Shown here: one piece after another, positions 9,674 through 18,324 of the stretch | Numbering within the stretch: the first letter of the stretch is position 1 | Layout of the letters: the number at the start of each line of letters is the position of its first letter | Assembly (NCBI GenBank): GCA_045118975.1 | Contig: JBGVCT010000009.1 | Span: 92,269-156,268 of the forward strand | Length of the DNA: 64,000 nucleotides | Direction: 5' to 3' | From: Bacilli bacterium | Lineage (GTDB): Bacteria; Bacillota_I; Bacilli_A; RFN20; DUOF01 | Notes under the pieces: model-generated | Database searches by the model: none | What the model was told of the DNA's origin: nothing | What the model saw: the letters and a program-made list of their open reading frames with translations, nothing else | Made by a program: the position numbers and the translations under genes

Positions 9674-10234
9674 TTAAGCTCTTGAAGAATATTTACCATC
9701 AATAGTAGAGATAATAATCTTTTCTCCCTCTTCGATGAATAATGGAACCTTAACTAATAATCCAGTCTCTACGATTGCATCTTTAGTTGCTCCAGTAACT
9801 GTATTACCTTTTACTGCAGGAGCAGTTTCAGTAACAACTAGTTCAACTTTATCTGGTAAGTTAATTCCTAATAACTCAGATTCATATAAAGCAACTACAA
9901 CTTCCATACCTTCAACTAAGAAGTTCTTATTGTATCCAACTTGATCTTCATTTAAGTCATAAGTTTCATATGTTTCCATATCCATGAAACTATAAATACC
10001 ACCAGCATTATAAGAATATTGTACATTTCTTTTTGTGATAGTAGCAGTTTCAAACTTAGTATTAGCATTAAAAGTTCTTTCTAATGTGTTACTAGTTCTT
10101 AAGTTCTTTAACTTAGTTTTTAAAATAGCAGCACCCTTACCTGGTTTAACATGTAAGAATTCTACTACTTGATAAATATTACCCTCGATTAAAAGAGTTA
10201 AACCATTTTTAATTTCACTTGCATCGATCATCAT
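9674..10234 (-). CDS. efp: Translation elongation factor P
   Basis: 186 aa. ...NGLTLLIEGNIYQVVEFLHVKPGKGAAILKTKLKNL... is the canonical EF-P KPGKG loop. A terminator hairpin (AGAGCT-TAAT-AGCTCT) overlaps the stop. Confidence 0.95.
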   Translation of the reverse strand: MMIDASEIKNGLTLLIEGNIYQVVEFLHVKPGKGAAILKTKLKNLRTSNTLERTFNANTKFETATITKRNVQYSYNAGGIYSFMDMETYETYDLNEDQVGYNKNFLVEGMEVVVALYESELLGINLPDKVELVVTETAPAVKGNTVTGATKDAIVETGLLVKVPLFIEEGEKIIISTIDGKYSSRA

Positions 10235-10365
10235 AAATTATATTCCCCCAAATCAACACAACCATTTTATATTTTTTCTTAAATAGTGTCAATAGGGGTT
10301 AATTATTTGCAATAAAGATTTGATTTTATTAAAAAAAATGTATAATGAAAGTAGGAGTGATTAAT

Positions 10366-10758
10366 ATGACAATTTGGGTTATTCTTGGAGTTCTTGGAGC
10401 AGTTATTCTTCTAGCTATTGTTGGTACATTGATTTTACCAAAGCTTCCTAGTTCACCAGAAGAAAAAAGAGAAATGGATGCAAAAGACGAGCTAAAAAAA
10501 AAGATGAGTGATGGAGAAATAACATCTAAAACAAAATGGTTCTTTATTCAAATAGGAATGGGTATACCACTAGTTAATCTTATCTTATTATTTGTGTTAG
10601 CATTTAAAAAAGAAAAGACAAATCTAACTATTAGAAACTGGGCAAAAGCAAATCTTATAATAGTACTAGTTACTACAATACTAACTATTGCTCTTACACT
10701 AGTAATATACTTCTTCTTTTTAGAAGCATTTATGACATTTATTGGGTCAGCTAAATAA
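10366..10758 (+). CDS. Small membrane protein (3 predicted TM segments), unknown function
   Basis: The track ORF starts at 10345. I prefer the ATG at 10366 (MTIWVILGVLG...) after GTAGGAGTG. The gene is followed by the hairpin GTCAGCT-AAAT-AAGCTGAC plus a T-run. Confidence 0.5.
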   Translation: MTIWVILGVLGAVILLAIVGTLILPKLPSSPEEKREMDAKDELKKKMSDGEITSKTKWFFIQIGMGIPLVNLILLFVLAFKKEKTNLTIRNWAKANLIIVLVTTILTIALTLVIYFFFLEAFMTFIGSAK

Positions 10759-10821
10759 GCTGACTTTTTTATTTTTAACATTTATTAATTTCCTTCATAT
10801 ATTAAAAAAGGAGGAAATGAA

Positions 10822-11832
10822 ATGTTTAAGAAAATAAAATATGTTTTATGTTTATTATTAATCGTACCTTATATCATTGCTGGATGTTCTTGCAATAAGA
10901 GTGATTTAACAAAAGTTACTGTAGCAGAAGTTACTCACTCTGTTTTTTATGCACCACAATATTTAGCGGATTCTTTAGGCTTCTTTAAAGAAGAAGGATT
11001 AGATGTTGATTTTGTGAATACAAATGGTGCTGATAAAACAATGGCGGCACTATTAAGCAAAGATGCAGATATTGGATTAATGGGTCCTGAAGCAAGTATT
11101 TATGTCTACTTGAACGGACAAAAAGATTATGCTGTTAACTTTGCACAATTAACTCAAAAAGATGGGAGTTTTTTAGTTGGTAGAGAAAGAATAGATAACT
11201 TTGATATTTCAATGCTTGCTAACAAAGAAATACTAGGTGGAAGACAAGCAGGGATGCCTGAAATGGTATTAGAATACATTTTAAAAACTAATGGTTTAGA
11301 AGTTGGAAGAGATGATCCTAGTAAAGAAGTTTATGTAAGAACTGATGTTCAATTTGCCGCAATGGCTGGAGCTTTTGTTTCCGGAGAGGGAGACTATGTT
11401 TCTTTATTTGAGCCTACTGCATCAAACTTAGTAAAATCAGGTGATGGTTATATTGTCGCTTCTCTTGGAGAATTATCTGGAAATGTAGCATATACGGCAT
11501 ATAGTGCTTTGAATAGTTATATAAATAAAAATGAAGATGTGATACAAAAATTCACTAACGCCATTTATAAAGCACAAAGTTGGATTTATTCTCATAGTGA
11601 CAAGGAAGTTGCTAATGCTATAAAAGGTTATTTCACCGATACAAGTATAGAGGATTTAACCATTGCCATATCTAACTATAGAGCAATTGAAGCATGGAGT
11701 AAAACACCAACTTTAAGTGAGCAATCTTTAAATAAACTAATGGATATTATAGAGCTTGCTGGAGAGTTAGAGACAAGAGTAGAGTATTCTAAGATAGTAA
11801 CTACTAAATATAGCGAAAACGCAATAAAATAA
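10822..11832 (+). CDS. Lipoprotein, NMT1/THI5-like (nitrate/sulfonate/HMP-type) ABC substrate-binding protein. No permease or ATPase gene lies next to it.
   Basis: Lipobox ...YIIAGC/SCNK. The body (VTHSVFYAPQYLADSLGFFKEEGLDV...GGRQAGMPE...) resembles SsuA/ThiY-type binding proteins. Confidence 0.6.
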   Translation: MFKKIKYVLCLLLIVPYIIAGCSCNKSDLTKVTVAEVTHSVFYAPQYLADSLGFFKEEGLDVDFVNTNGADKTMAALLSKDADIGLMGPEASIYVYLNGQKDYAVNFAQLTQKDGSFLVGRERIDNFDISMLANKEILGGRQAGMPEMVLEYILKTNGLEVGRDDPSKEVYVRTDVQFAAMAGAFVSGEGDYVSLFEPTASNLVKSGDGYIVASLGELSGNVAYTAYSALNSYINKNEDVIQKFTNAIYKAQSWIYSHSDKEVANAIKGYFTDTSIEDLTIAISNYRAIEAWSKTPTLSEQSLNKLMDIIELAGELETRVEYSKIVTTKYSENAIK

Positions 11833-11861
11833 AATCTCTTAAATATTAATAAAAAAATCTT

Positions 11862-11886
11862 ATATGTTAATATATAGTTAACATAT
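11862..11886 (+). promoter_or_regulatory. Perfect 9-bp inverted repeat (ATATGTTAA-N7-TTAACATAT) abutting the RBS of the small zinc-ribbon ORF
   Basis: Read directly from the sequence. The right arm ends 1 nt before GGAGG (11887-11891). It could be an operator or a 5'-UTR hairpin. Confidence 0.3.
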
Positions 11887-11897
11887 GGAGGATTTTT

Positions 11898-12071
11898 ATG
11901 GGATTATTTAATAATAAAAAGAAAGAAGAAGGAACAACTATAACTTGTTTTGCTTGTAAACATGAATGGGTATTCAATGATACAAGTATTCCTGAAGGAG
12001 CAACATATGAAGTGATGTGTCCTAATTGTAAAATGATTTTAAAAAGAAAGAAAATAAATGAAAAGAAGTAG
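11898..12071 (+). CDS. Small zinc-ribbon protein (57 aa), below the size cut-off of the ORF track
   Basis: GGAGG lies 6 nt upstream of the ATG. Sequence: MGLFNNKKKEEGTTITCFACKHEWVFNDTSIPEGATYEVMCPNCKMILKRKKINEKK, with CxxC...CxxC. A terminator follows immediately. Confidence 0.45.
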   Translation: MGLFNNKKKEEGTTITCFACKHEWVFNDTSIPEGATYEVMCPNCKMILKRKKINEKK

Positions 12072-12091
12072 GGGTTTCCTACTTCTTTTTT
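12061..12091. terminator. Bidirectional intrinsic terminator between convergent genes
   Basis: Stem AGAAGTAGG, loop GGTTT, stem CCTACTTCT, flanked by an A-run and a T-run. Confidence 0.6.
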
Positions 12092-13865
12092 ATTCTTCTT
12101 TTGCTAGTCCTTGTTCAGCCTCTAGCATCTTACTATAGAATTGATTAGTATATAACTTATAATATTTACCTTGTTTCTCCATTAACTCTCTATGGTTACC
12201 ACTTTCCACTATTGTACCTCTTTCTAAATAAATAATCTTATCTGCATCTTTAATCGTAGAAAGTCTGTGTGCAATAAAGATACATGTTTTATCTTTGAAT
12301 TGATTATTAATACAGTTTTGAATTAATTGTTCAGTTTTAGAGTCAATACTACTAGTAGCTTCATCTAGAATTACTATATCTGGATTCTTTAATAATACTC
12401 TAGCAAAAGCGATTAATTGCTTTTGTCCATTAGAAAGAAGCAATCCACCCTCTCCAACTTTAGTATTATATTTATCTTTCATTTTATCTATAAATTCATC
12501 TAAACCTATTTCTTTACATACTCTTTTCACTTCTTCTTCACTAGCATCTTGTTTACCATATTTAATGTTATTAATGATAGTATCATCAAATAAAAGAGCA
12601 TCTTGTAAAATAAATCCAATGTTTTCTCTTATAAATGTTTGAGGTAAATTCAAATAATCTTTATCATCAAATAATATTTCACCCCTTGTAGGCTCATAAA
12701 ATCTATATATCAAACTTGCAATTGTAGACTTACCACTTCCTGTACGTCCAACAAGAGCAACTTTACTTTTGGGTTCTACAAGTAAATTGAAATTAGTTAA
12801 TACTTGTTCACCTTTTGGATACTTAAATGTTAAATTCTTAAATTCTATTTTTCCTTTTAGTGATTCAGGATTCATATCTATATCTTCCCTATCTACTACT
12901 AAAGGAGTTAAAGATAACATCTTATCAATTTTTTCAGCAGATACTAAAACCTCAGAAAAAGCTTCAAAGTTATCGGAGAAAGAACATAATGAATACAAAC
13001 ATCTATCAAACAATATAAAGAATAAATATAACTCTCCATATGAAATCTTAAGTGCGAAATATTCTTTATATGATAGATAGAATAATATTCCAATTGCTAT
13101 TGCAACAATTAAATCGATATTTCTCCATAATAATTGTCCAACATAATGTCTATTCATTTCTTGTTTTGCTTGATTCTTACATAACACATCATATTCAGCA
13201 TTATTCTTTTCCTCAATATTTAATGCTTTAATTGTTTTAATTCCCATTATTCCATCATTTATATGACTAAGTCGTTTCTTTCGCGCTTCTCTTCTTCTAT
13301 CATCAATCTTATTAAGCATTTTGAAAGCAAACTTACTTAGCACTAAAATTATTGGAGTACATGCAAGTATAATCAAACTTAATTTAAAGTTAACTATTGC
13401 ACATATAACATAACAAGAAATCATTGTTACAGCATTAATTACTAAATACATACTAGGCCAAAAGAAACCTTCACCAATTATTTCTACATCACCAACAAGG
13501 GTGTTAATTGTAGCACCTGTAGCATGATTACTATGATATTCCTTATCTAAGTCCAATGCCTTTTTAAATAACTTTTCTCTTACTTCGATATTCACTGTCC
13601 TTGTTATTTTATTACCATTTTTAAAAGCTAAAGCAAAAGTTATATTACTAGATAATTGAACTACAATAATACAAGTAATAACCACAATAAATAATGGAAT
13701 GCTATTTTCTTTAAATGCCTTATCTATTCCAAAATATGAGAATATAAATAGTATGATAATCTCGCATAATGAATAAATAGCAGCAAGTATATAAATCTTT
13801 TTAAAGTTTACACTCTCAGGTAAAACTCTTTTAAAGATTTCTATCATTTTCTTTATCGATTTCAT
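12090..13865 (-). CDS. ABC exporter permease/ATPase, subunit 2 of a heterodimer (consensus catalytic site, deviant signature motif)
   Basis: Walker A GRTGSGKST, signature LSNGQKQL, Walker B IVILDEATS. Start taken at the ATG at 13865 (MKSIKK...), which overlaps the upstream stop as TAATG and has GAGGAGG upstream. The track start at 13901 lies inside the upstream gene. Confidence 0.9.
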   Translation of the reverse strand: MKSIKKMIEIFKRVLPESVNFKKIYILAAIYSLCEIIILFIFSYFGIDKAFKENSIPLFIVVITCIIVVQLSSNITFALAFKNGNKITRTVNIEVREKLFKKALDLDKEYHSNHATGATINTLVGDVEIIGEGFFWPSMYLVINAVTMISCYVICAIVNFKLSLIILACTPIILVLSKFAFKMLNKIDDRRREARKKRLSHINDGIMGIKTIKALNIEEKNNAEYDVLCKNQAKQEMNRHYVGQLLWRNIDLIVAIAIGILFYLSYKEYFALKISYGELYLFFILFDRCLYSLCSFSDNFEAFSEVLVSAEKIDKMLSLTPLVVDREDIDMNPESLKGKIEFKNLTFKYPKGEQVLTNFNLLVEPKSKVALVGRTGSGKSTIASLIYRFYEPTRGEILFDDKDYLNLPQTFIRENIGFILQDALLFDDTIINNIKYGKQDASEEEVKRVCKEIGLDEFIDKMKDKYNTKVGEGGLLLSNGQKQLIAFARVLLKNPDIVILDEATSSIDSKTEQLIQNCINNQFKDKTCIFIAHRLSTIKDADKIIYLERGTIVESGNHRELMEKQGKYYKLYTNQFYSKMLEAEQGLAKEE

Positions 13866-15625
13866 TAACACACCTCCTCTATCATTTGTTGTAATTTCCA
13901 AACATTAGAGTAGAATCCTTCTCTATTAATTAATTCTTCATGTGTTCCCATATCAACTATTTTACCTTCATCTAAGACAATGATCTTGTCTGCATCTTTG
14001 ATATTTAATAAGTTATGAGAAATTATAATTGTAGTAGCTTTTTCTTCACTTATAGAGTTTTTAATTTTCTTAGCAACTATATTATCAACAGCACTAAGCG
14101 TATCATCTAAAATAAGTATCTTCTTATTTTTAATAATAGTTCTAAGTAAAGATAGTCTTTGTCTTTGACCACCAGAAAGAGTAACTCCTCTTTCTCCAAC
14201 TACAGTCTCAAGACCACTTTGGAATTTACTAATATCTTCATCTAATCCTACTCTTTTTAAATACATATCAAGATCAACACGGTCATTATCAATTAATACT
14301 AGGATATTATCTTTTATTGACTTAGAGAATATATATGCATCTTGAAGAACTACTCCCATATTATCTCTTATACATTTTTTACTATAATCTTTTAATTCGA
14401 CACCATCAACTTTTATACTGCCAGAGCTATAATCATATAATCTTGTTAATAAGTTAACAATACTAGTTTTGCCAGACCCGGACTTTCCTACTATACCTAA
14501 TGTTTCTCCCTCATGTAACTCAAAACTAATATTTTCTAAAATATTATCTTTATCATATTTCATGCTAACATTTTCAAAAACAATGTTACCACTTACCTCT
14601 TTTACCACAGTTCCATCTTCTTCATATTCTTCTTCAATCTTAAAATATTCATTTAATCTCTTTACAGATATGAATGTTTTTACAAATGTAGTTATGTGAT
14701 TAATAACTTGACTTGCATCATTTAAGAATGTTGAACTAAGTACTGCAACAGCACTTACAACAGCTAATGTTGCTTGTCCTGTAAAGAACAAATATGCAAG
14801 AAGAGCTAAGCAACCTACTATATAGAAGGATGTGATGATGTCTGATATTAACCAATATCTACAATGTAAGTTATTAATGTAGTAGTTGTTATTCTCCTTT
14901 TTATCATTTATTTCTTTGAATTTATCAAATTCATAACTTTCATTTGCAAAACTCTTAACTAAACTATAGTTAGTAATGCTTTGTTGAATAGTACTATTTA
15001 ACTCACTATAGTACTTAGAAGATTCAATCTCCCTTTTCTTAATTTTAAAATAGCCATAATATGCTGAAAAAGATACGCATATTAATAGTGCTACTAAACT
15101 AACTAAAAATACCCCTTTAGATAATCTAAATATTTGGTATAGCATGGTAGTTGTAGTAAACACAATTCTAAATAATTCGTATAATGAATTTCTAAATAAT
15201 CCTGGTATTCTTTTACAGTCTTCAATATTTCTTTGAATGATATCTCCAGTTGATCTAGCTGCATATTCACTAGATGGGATATCTAAAACATGTTTATAAA
15301 ACTCTTCACTTAGATTTATATATAACTTTTGGAAGTGTATGTTTCTAAGCGTTCTTGCAAGCATGTTTCCAAGTATCGTTAAAGCCATGACAATTACATA
15401 AATAATTGCAATAGATGTTACTCTAGACTCTTTACTAGAGAAATCCACGAATCTATTTATAAAATCAGGTAATACTGAAGCATCTTCTCCAAATATTCCT
15501 AAAACTTCACCGATAAAAAGCCCCGTTAAAGACGATAAATAACGTTGGATAAATAGTATCAAAAGAATTGCCAAATATAGTGGCAACCATTTCATTATAC
15601 ATTTGAAAATTTTGTTGTTCGTCAT
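13865..15625 (-). CDS. ABC exporter permease/ATPase, subunit 1 of a heterodimer (Walker B followed by Asp instead of the catalytic Glu)
   Basis: Walker A GKSGSGKTS, signature LSGGQRQR, Walker B ILILDDTLS. Six-TM exporter-type N-terminal domain. Confidence 0.9.
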   Translation of the reverse strand: MTNNKIFKCIMKWLPLYLAILLILFIQRYLSSLTGLFIGEVLGIFGEDASVLPDFINRFVDFSSKESRVTSIAIIYVIVMALTILGNMLARTLRNIHFQKLYINLSEEFYKHVLDIPSSEYAARSTGDIIQRNIEDCKRIPGLFRNSLYELFRIVFTTTTMLYQIFRLSKGVFLVSLVALLICVSFSAYYGYFKIKKREIESSKYYSELNSTIQQSITNYSLVKSFANESYEFDKFKEINDKKENNNYYINNLHCRYWLISDIITSFYIVGCLALLAYLFFTGQATLAVVSAVAVLSSTFLNDASQVINHITTFVKTFISVKRLNEYFKIEEEYEEDGTVVKEVSGNIVFENVSMKYDKDNILENISFELHEGETLGIVGKSGSGKTSIVNLLTRLYDYSSGSIKVDGVELKDYSKKCIRDNMGVVLQDAYIFSKSIKDNILVLIDNDRVDLDMYLKRVGLDEDISKFQSGLETVVGERGVTLSGGQRQRLSLLRTIIKNKKILILDDTLSAVDNIVAKKIKNSISEEKATTIIISHNLLNIKDADKIIVLDEGKIVDMGTHEELINREGFYSNVWKLQQMIEEVC

Positions 15626-15673
15626 TTTTTCATCTCCACTCTTTGTTTAATTTTAGCAGAGATAAAAATCATT

Positions 15674-15760
15674 TTACTTACGTTTAAAAACGTGAGCAAA
15701 AATACTCTCATCTCTACTATTCACTTTTAAATTTCTAAATAATTTTATCATTTTGCTCAC
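15674..15760 (-). promoter_or_regulatory. Candidate leader/attenuator of the ABC exporter operon. A 10-bp perfect stem is followed by a U-run and overlapped by a 25-codon leader ORF.
   Basis: On the minus-strand RNA, GUGAGCAAAA (15760-15751) pairs with UUUUGCUCAC (15701-15692) and is followed by G-UUUUU. The ORF is ATG at 15751 to TAA at 15674: MIKLFRNLKVNSRDESIFAHVFKRK. A weak RBS GGAAAGGA lies about 10 nt upstream. Confidence 0.25.
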
Positions 15761-15971
15761 ATCCTTTCCGCTAACAATAATAAACCCCTTAGAACTTAAA
15801 AAGCAAGAAGAATTTTAAAAAAAGAAAAATTTATATAAAAATTGTCATAATTTAGCAAAACATCCGATAAATATTTTATTTTTCAAAAGTTTCTACCAGA
15901 TTTAATTAATTAAATAACCCCAAATATATTATTATTAAATTGTAGATATATTTTAATAAGGAGGTAGTTAT

Positions 15972-17516
15972 ATGCTTGTTCAATTATGGCATAAAATTAA
16001 AGAAGCATTAGTCTCCGTATTACCTGTATCCTTGATTGTATTAATCTTATCATTCACACCTTTAGTTAATCTTGGTGCACATGAAATAATCATGTTTGTT
16101 GTATGTGCTATTATGCTTATTATAGGAATTGCACTATTTAACTTAGGTGCAGATATGGCCATGACTCCAATGGGAGAGAAGGTAGGTTCATCTCTAACTA
16201 AAAGTAAAAAGATTTCAATCATGGTTATTGTGGCATTTCTTATGGGACTACTTATTACAATTGCAGAACCAGACGTATCTGTTCTTGCTTCACAAGTTAG
16301 TAGTGTACTAACTGCTAATACACTAATTTATTCAATTGGAGTTGGTGTTGGATTATTTTTAGTACTTTCAATATTAAAAATAGTATTCAAAAAAGATCTA
16401 TCAATGATGCTTATGTTCTTTTATTTACTAATGTTTGCAATAACATGCATAGTCATAACTAATGGTAATGAGAGTTTCCTTGCTTTATCATTTGATTCAG
16501 GGGGAGTTACTACAGGGCCAATTACTGTTCCATTCATTATGGCTTTAGGTGTTGGTATTGCCTCTACAATTGGAGGAAGAAATTCAAAAGAAAACTCATT
16601 CGGTCTTATAGCACTTTGCTCTATTGGACCAATTCTAACAGTACTACTTCTAGGTACTAGCATCGACAGTAGTAAACTTTCAATTAACCCTAGTTCAAGT
16701 GACTATTCAATAGCATTTACACTTAAAGAAAATATAGAAGTAATATTCCATGAATTATTAATAAAAAGCAAAGAGGTATTAATTGCTCTTGCTCTTATTG
16801 TTGTTTTCTTTTTAATAATTCAATTCATATTTATAAAATTACCAAAAAAGAAATTAATGCAAATATTTGTGGGTATTGGTTACACATTTGCTGGATTAGT
16901 ACTATTTTTAACCGCTGCTAGTGTTGGATATCTACCAATTGGTTATCAAATAGGAAGCCAACTTGCAAGCAATGAATTCAAATATTTAGTAGTAATTTTC
17001 GGCTTTATTTTAGGACTTGTAGTAGTTCTAGCTGAGCCCGCAGTTCATGTTTTAACTAAACAAGTTGAAGAAATCACAACTGGTGGAGTAAGTAAAAAAG
17101 CAATGTTAATTGCTCTATCTATTGGTGTTGGTGTTTCTATTGGATTATCAATGATAAGAATTGTATTTGATTTTTCAATTCTTTATTACATAATTCCAGG
17201 ATATTTCATCTCACTTGGATTATCATTCTTTGTTCCTAAAATGTATACAGCGATTGCCTTTGACTCTGGTGGAGTTGCTTCTGGACCATTAACATCAAGT
17301 TTTATCCTTCCTTTTGCAATAGGAACTTGTGCAATTATGGCTCCTGGTACAGTTTTAGAGAATGCCTTTGGAATTGTGGCAATGGTTGCAATGACTCCAC
17401 TTATTACAATTCAATTACTAGGATTTAAATCTATTGTTAGTAAGAAAGCAAAAGAAAAGATATTGATGAGAAGAATCATCGATGCAAACGATGAACAAAT
17501 CATCAACTTTATGTAA
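15972..17516 (+). CDS. Polytopic membrane protein, duplicated DUF1538-type domain (uncharacterised transporter-like family)
   Basis: 514 aa with two homologous halves, each carrying FDSGGV(T/A)(T/S)GP(I/L)T motifs. GGAGG RBS. Family recalled from memory. Confidence 0.6.
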   Translation: MLVQLWHKIKEALVSVLPVSLIVLILSFTPLVNLGAHEIIMFVVCAIMLIIGIALFNLGADMAMTPMGEKVGSSLTKSKKISIMVIVAFLMGLLITIAEPDVSVLASQVSSVLTANTLIYSIGVGVGLFLVLSILKIVFKKDLSMMLMFFYLLMFAITCIVITNGNESFLALSFDSGGVTTGPITVPFIMALGVGIASTIGGRNSKENSFGLIALCSIGPILTVLLLGTSIDSSKLSINPSSSDYSIAFTLKENIEVIFHELLIKSKEVLIALALIVVFFLIIQFIFIKLPKKKLMQIFVGIGYTFAGLVLFLTAASVGYLPIGYQIGSQLASNEFKYLVVIFGFILGLVVVLAEPAVHVLTKQVEEITTGGVSKKAMLIALSIGVGVSIGLSMIRIVFDFSILYYIIPGYFISLGLSFFVPKMYTAIAFDSGGVASGPLTSSFILPFAIGTCAIMAPGTVLENAFGIVAMVAMTPLITIQLLGFKSIVSKKAKEKILMRRIIDANDEQIINFM

Positions 17517-17529
17517 GGAGGTATAAAAA

Positions 17530-17970
17530 ATGGAAAAAGATGAAAAGAAAAAAGTTACCTCTAAAGTTAAAGAAAAAGTAAAAAAAGTAACTAACAAAGC
17601 TAAAAAGCCTGCAGATAAAGACGGTTTAGAGGCTCCTAAAAAATTAAAGATTCTTGTAACTGTTGTAGAGAGAAGTAAATCAGATTTTTACTTGTCTGCA
17701 CTAGAGGGATTCGATGTTAATATGCAAACCCTTGTATATGCAAAAGGTACTGCTTCAAAAGATATTGCTAGTTTAATGGGATTACAAGATGATAATAAAG
17801 CTGTAATCCTAAGCATTGTTAAAGAAGATAAAATAAAAGAAATTTTAGCCACTTACGAAGATAAATATTTTAAAACAAAAAGAGGCAAAGGAATTGCCTT
17901 TACAATACCTATCTCCTCAGTTATAGGTGTTATGGTTTATAAATTTTTACTTAATGTAAATGAAGGGTAG
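17530..17970 (+). CDS. PII-like (GlnB-fold) protein with a ~40-aa Lys-rich N-terminal extension
   Basis: The C-terminal ~105 aa (LKILVTVVERSKSDFYLSALEGFDV...GIAFTIPISSVIG) follow the beta-alpha-beta x2 PII pattern. N-terminus: MEKDEKKKVTSKVKEKVKKVTNKAKKPADK... Confidence 0.55.
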   Translation: MEKDEKKKVTSKVKEKVKKVTNKAKKPADKDGLEAPKKLKILVTVVERSKSDFYLSALEGFDVNMQTLVYAKGTASKDIASLMGLQDDNKAVILSIVKEDKIKEILATYEDKYFKTKRGKGIAFTIPISSVIGVMVYKFLLNVNEG

Positions 17971-17973
17971 GTA

Positions 17974-18300
17974 ATGACAATGAAAGAAAAATATGAAATG
18001 ATAATGTGTATTGTAAACTCAGGATTCAGTGAAACAGTTATGAGTTGCGCTAGAGAATGTGGTGCTAATGGGGGAACCATTATTCAAGGCAGAGGTACTG
18101 CAAAAGATGAAGTAGAAAGTGCATTTAATATTTCTATTCATCCTGAAAAAGAAATAGTTATGATACTTGTAAATAAATCTATTAAAGATGCTGTATTACA
18201 TAGTCTATATAAAAATATTGGATTAGATTCTCCAGGACAAGGTATTGCTTTTACTGTACCAGTAGATGATGTTGTAGGATTAAAATTACAAGGAAAGTAA
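17974..18300 (+). CDS. PII-like (GlnB-fold) protein
   Basis: 108 aa: MIMCIVNSGFSETVMSCARECGANGGTIIQGRGT...KEIVMILVNKSIKDAVLHSLYKNIGLDSPGQGIAFTVPVDDVVGL. Confidence 0.6.
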   Translation: MTMKEKYEMIMCIVNSGFSETVMSCARECGANGGTIIQGRGTAKDEVESAFNISIHPEKEIVMILVNKSIKDAVLHSLYKNIGLDSPGQGIAFTVPVDDVVGLKLQGK

Positions 18301-18324
18301 TATTAAAAGAAAGAAGGTTTAGTT

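Noticed and set aside
10494-10502. An A9 homopolymer inside the small membrane-protein gene, and other A/T runs such as A8 at 21195, could be phase-variation switches.
   Set aside because: Runs of this length are expected by chance in DNA this AT-rich, often encode Lys-Lys-Lys, and there is no evidence of frame-shifted alternative ORFs around them.
15761-15971. A possible riboswitch, for example of c-di-AMP or nitrogen-related class, in the 345-nt region upstream of the DUF1538/PII operon.
   Set aside because: The sequence is extremely AT-rich with no conserved GC-rich helices or known riboswitch core motifs that I can recognise. It reads as spacer plus promoter. The structured part of the gap belongs to the divergent ABC-exporter leader.
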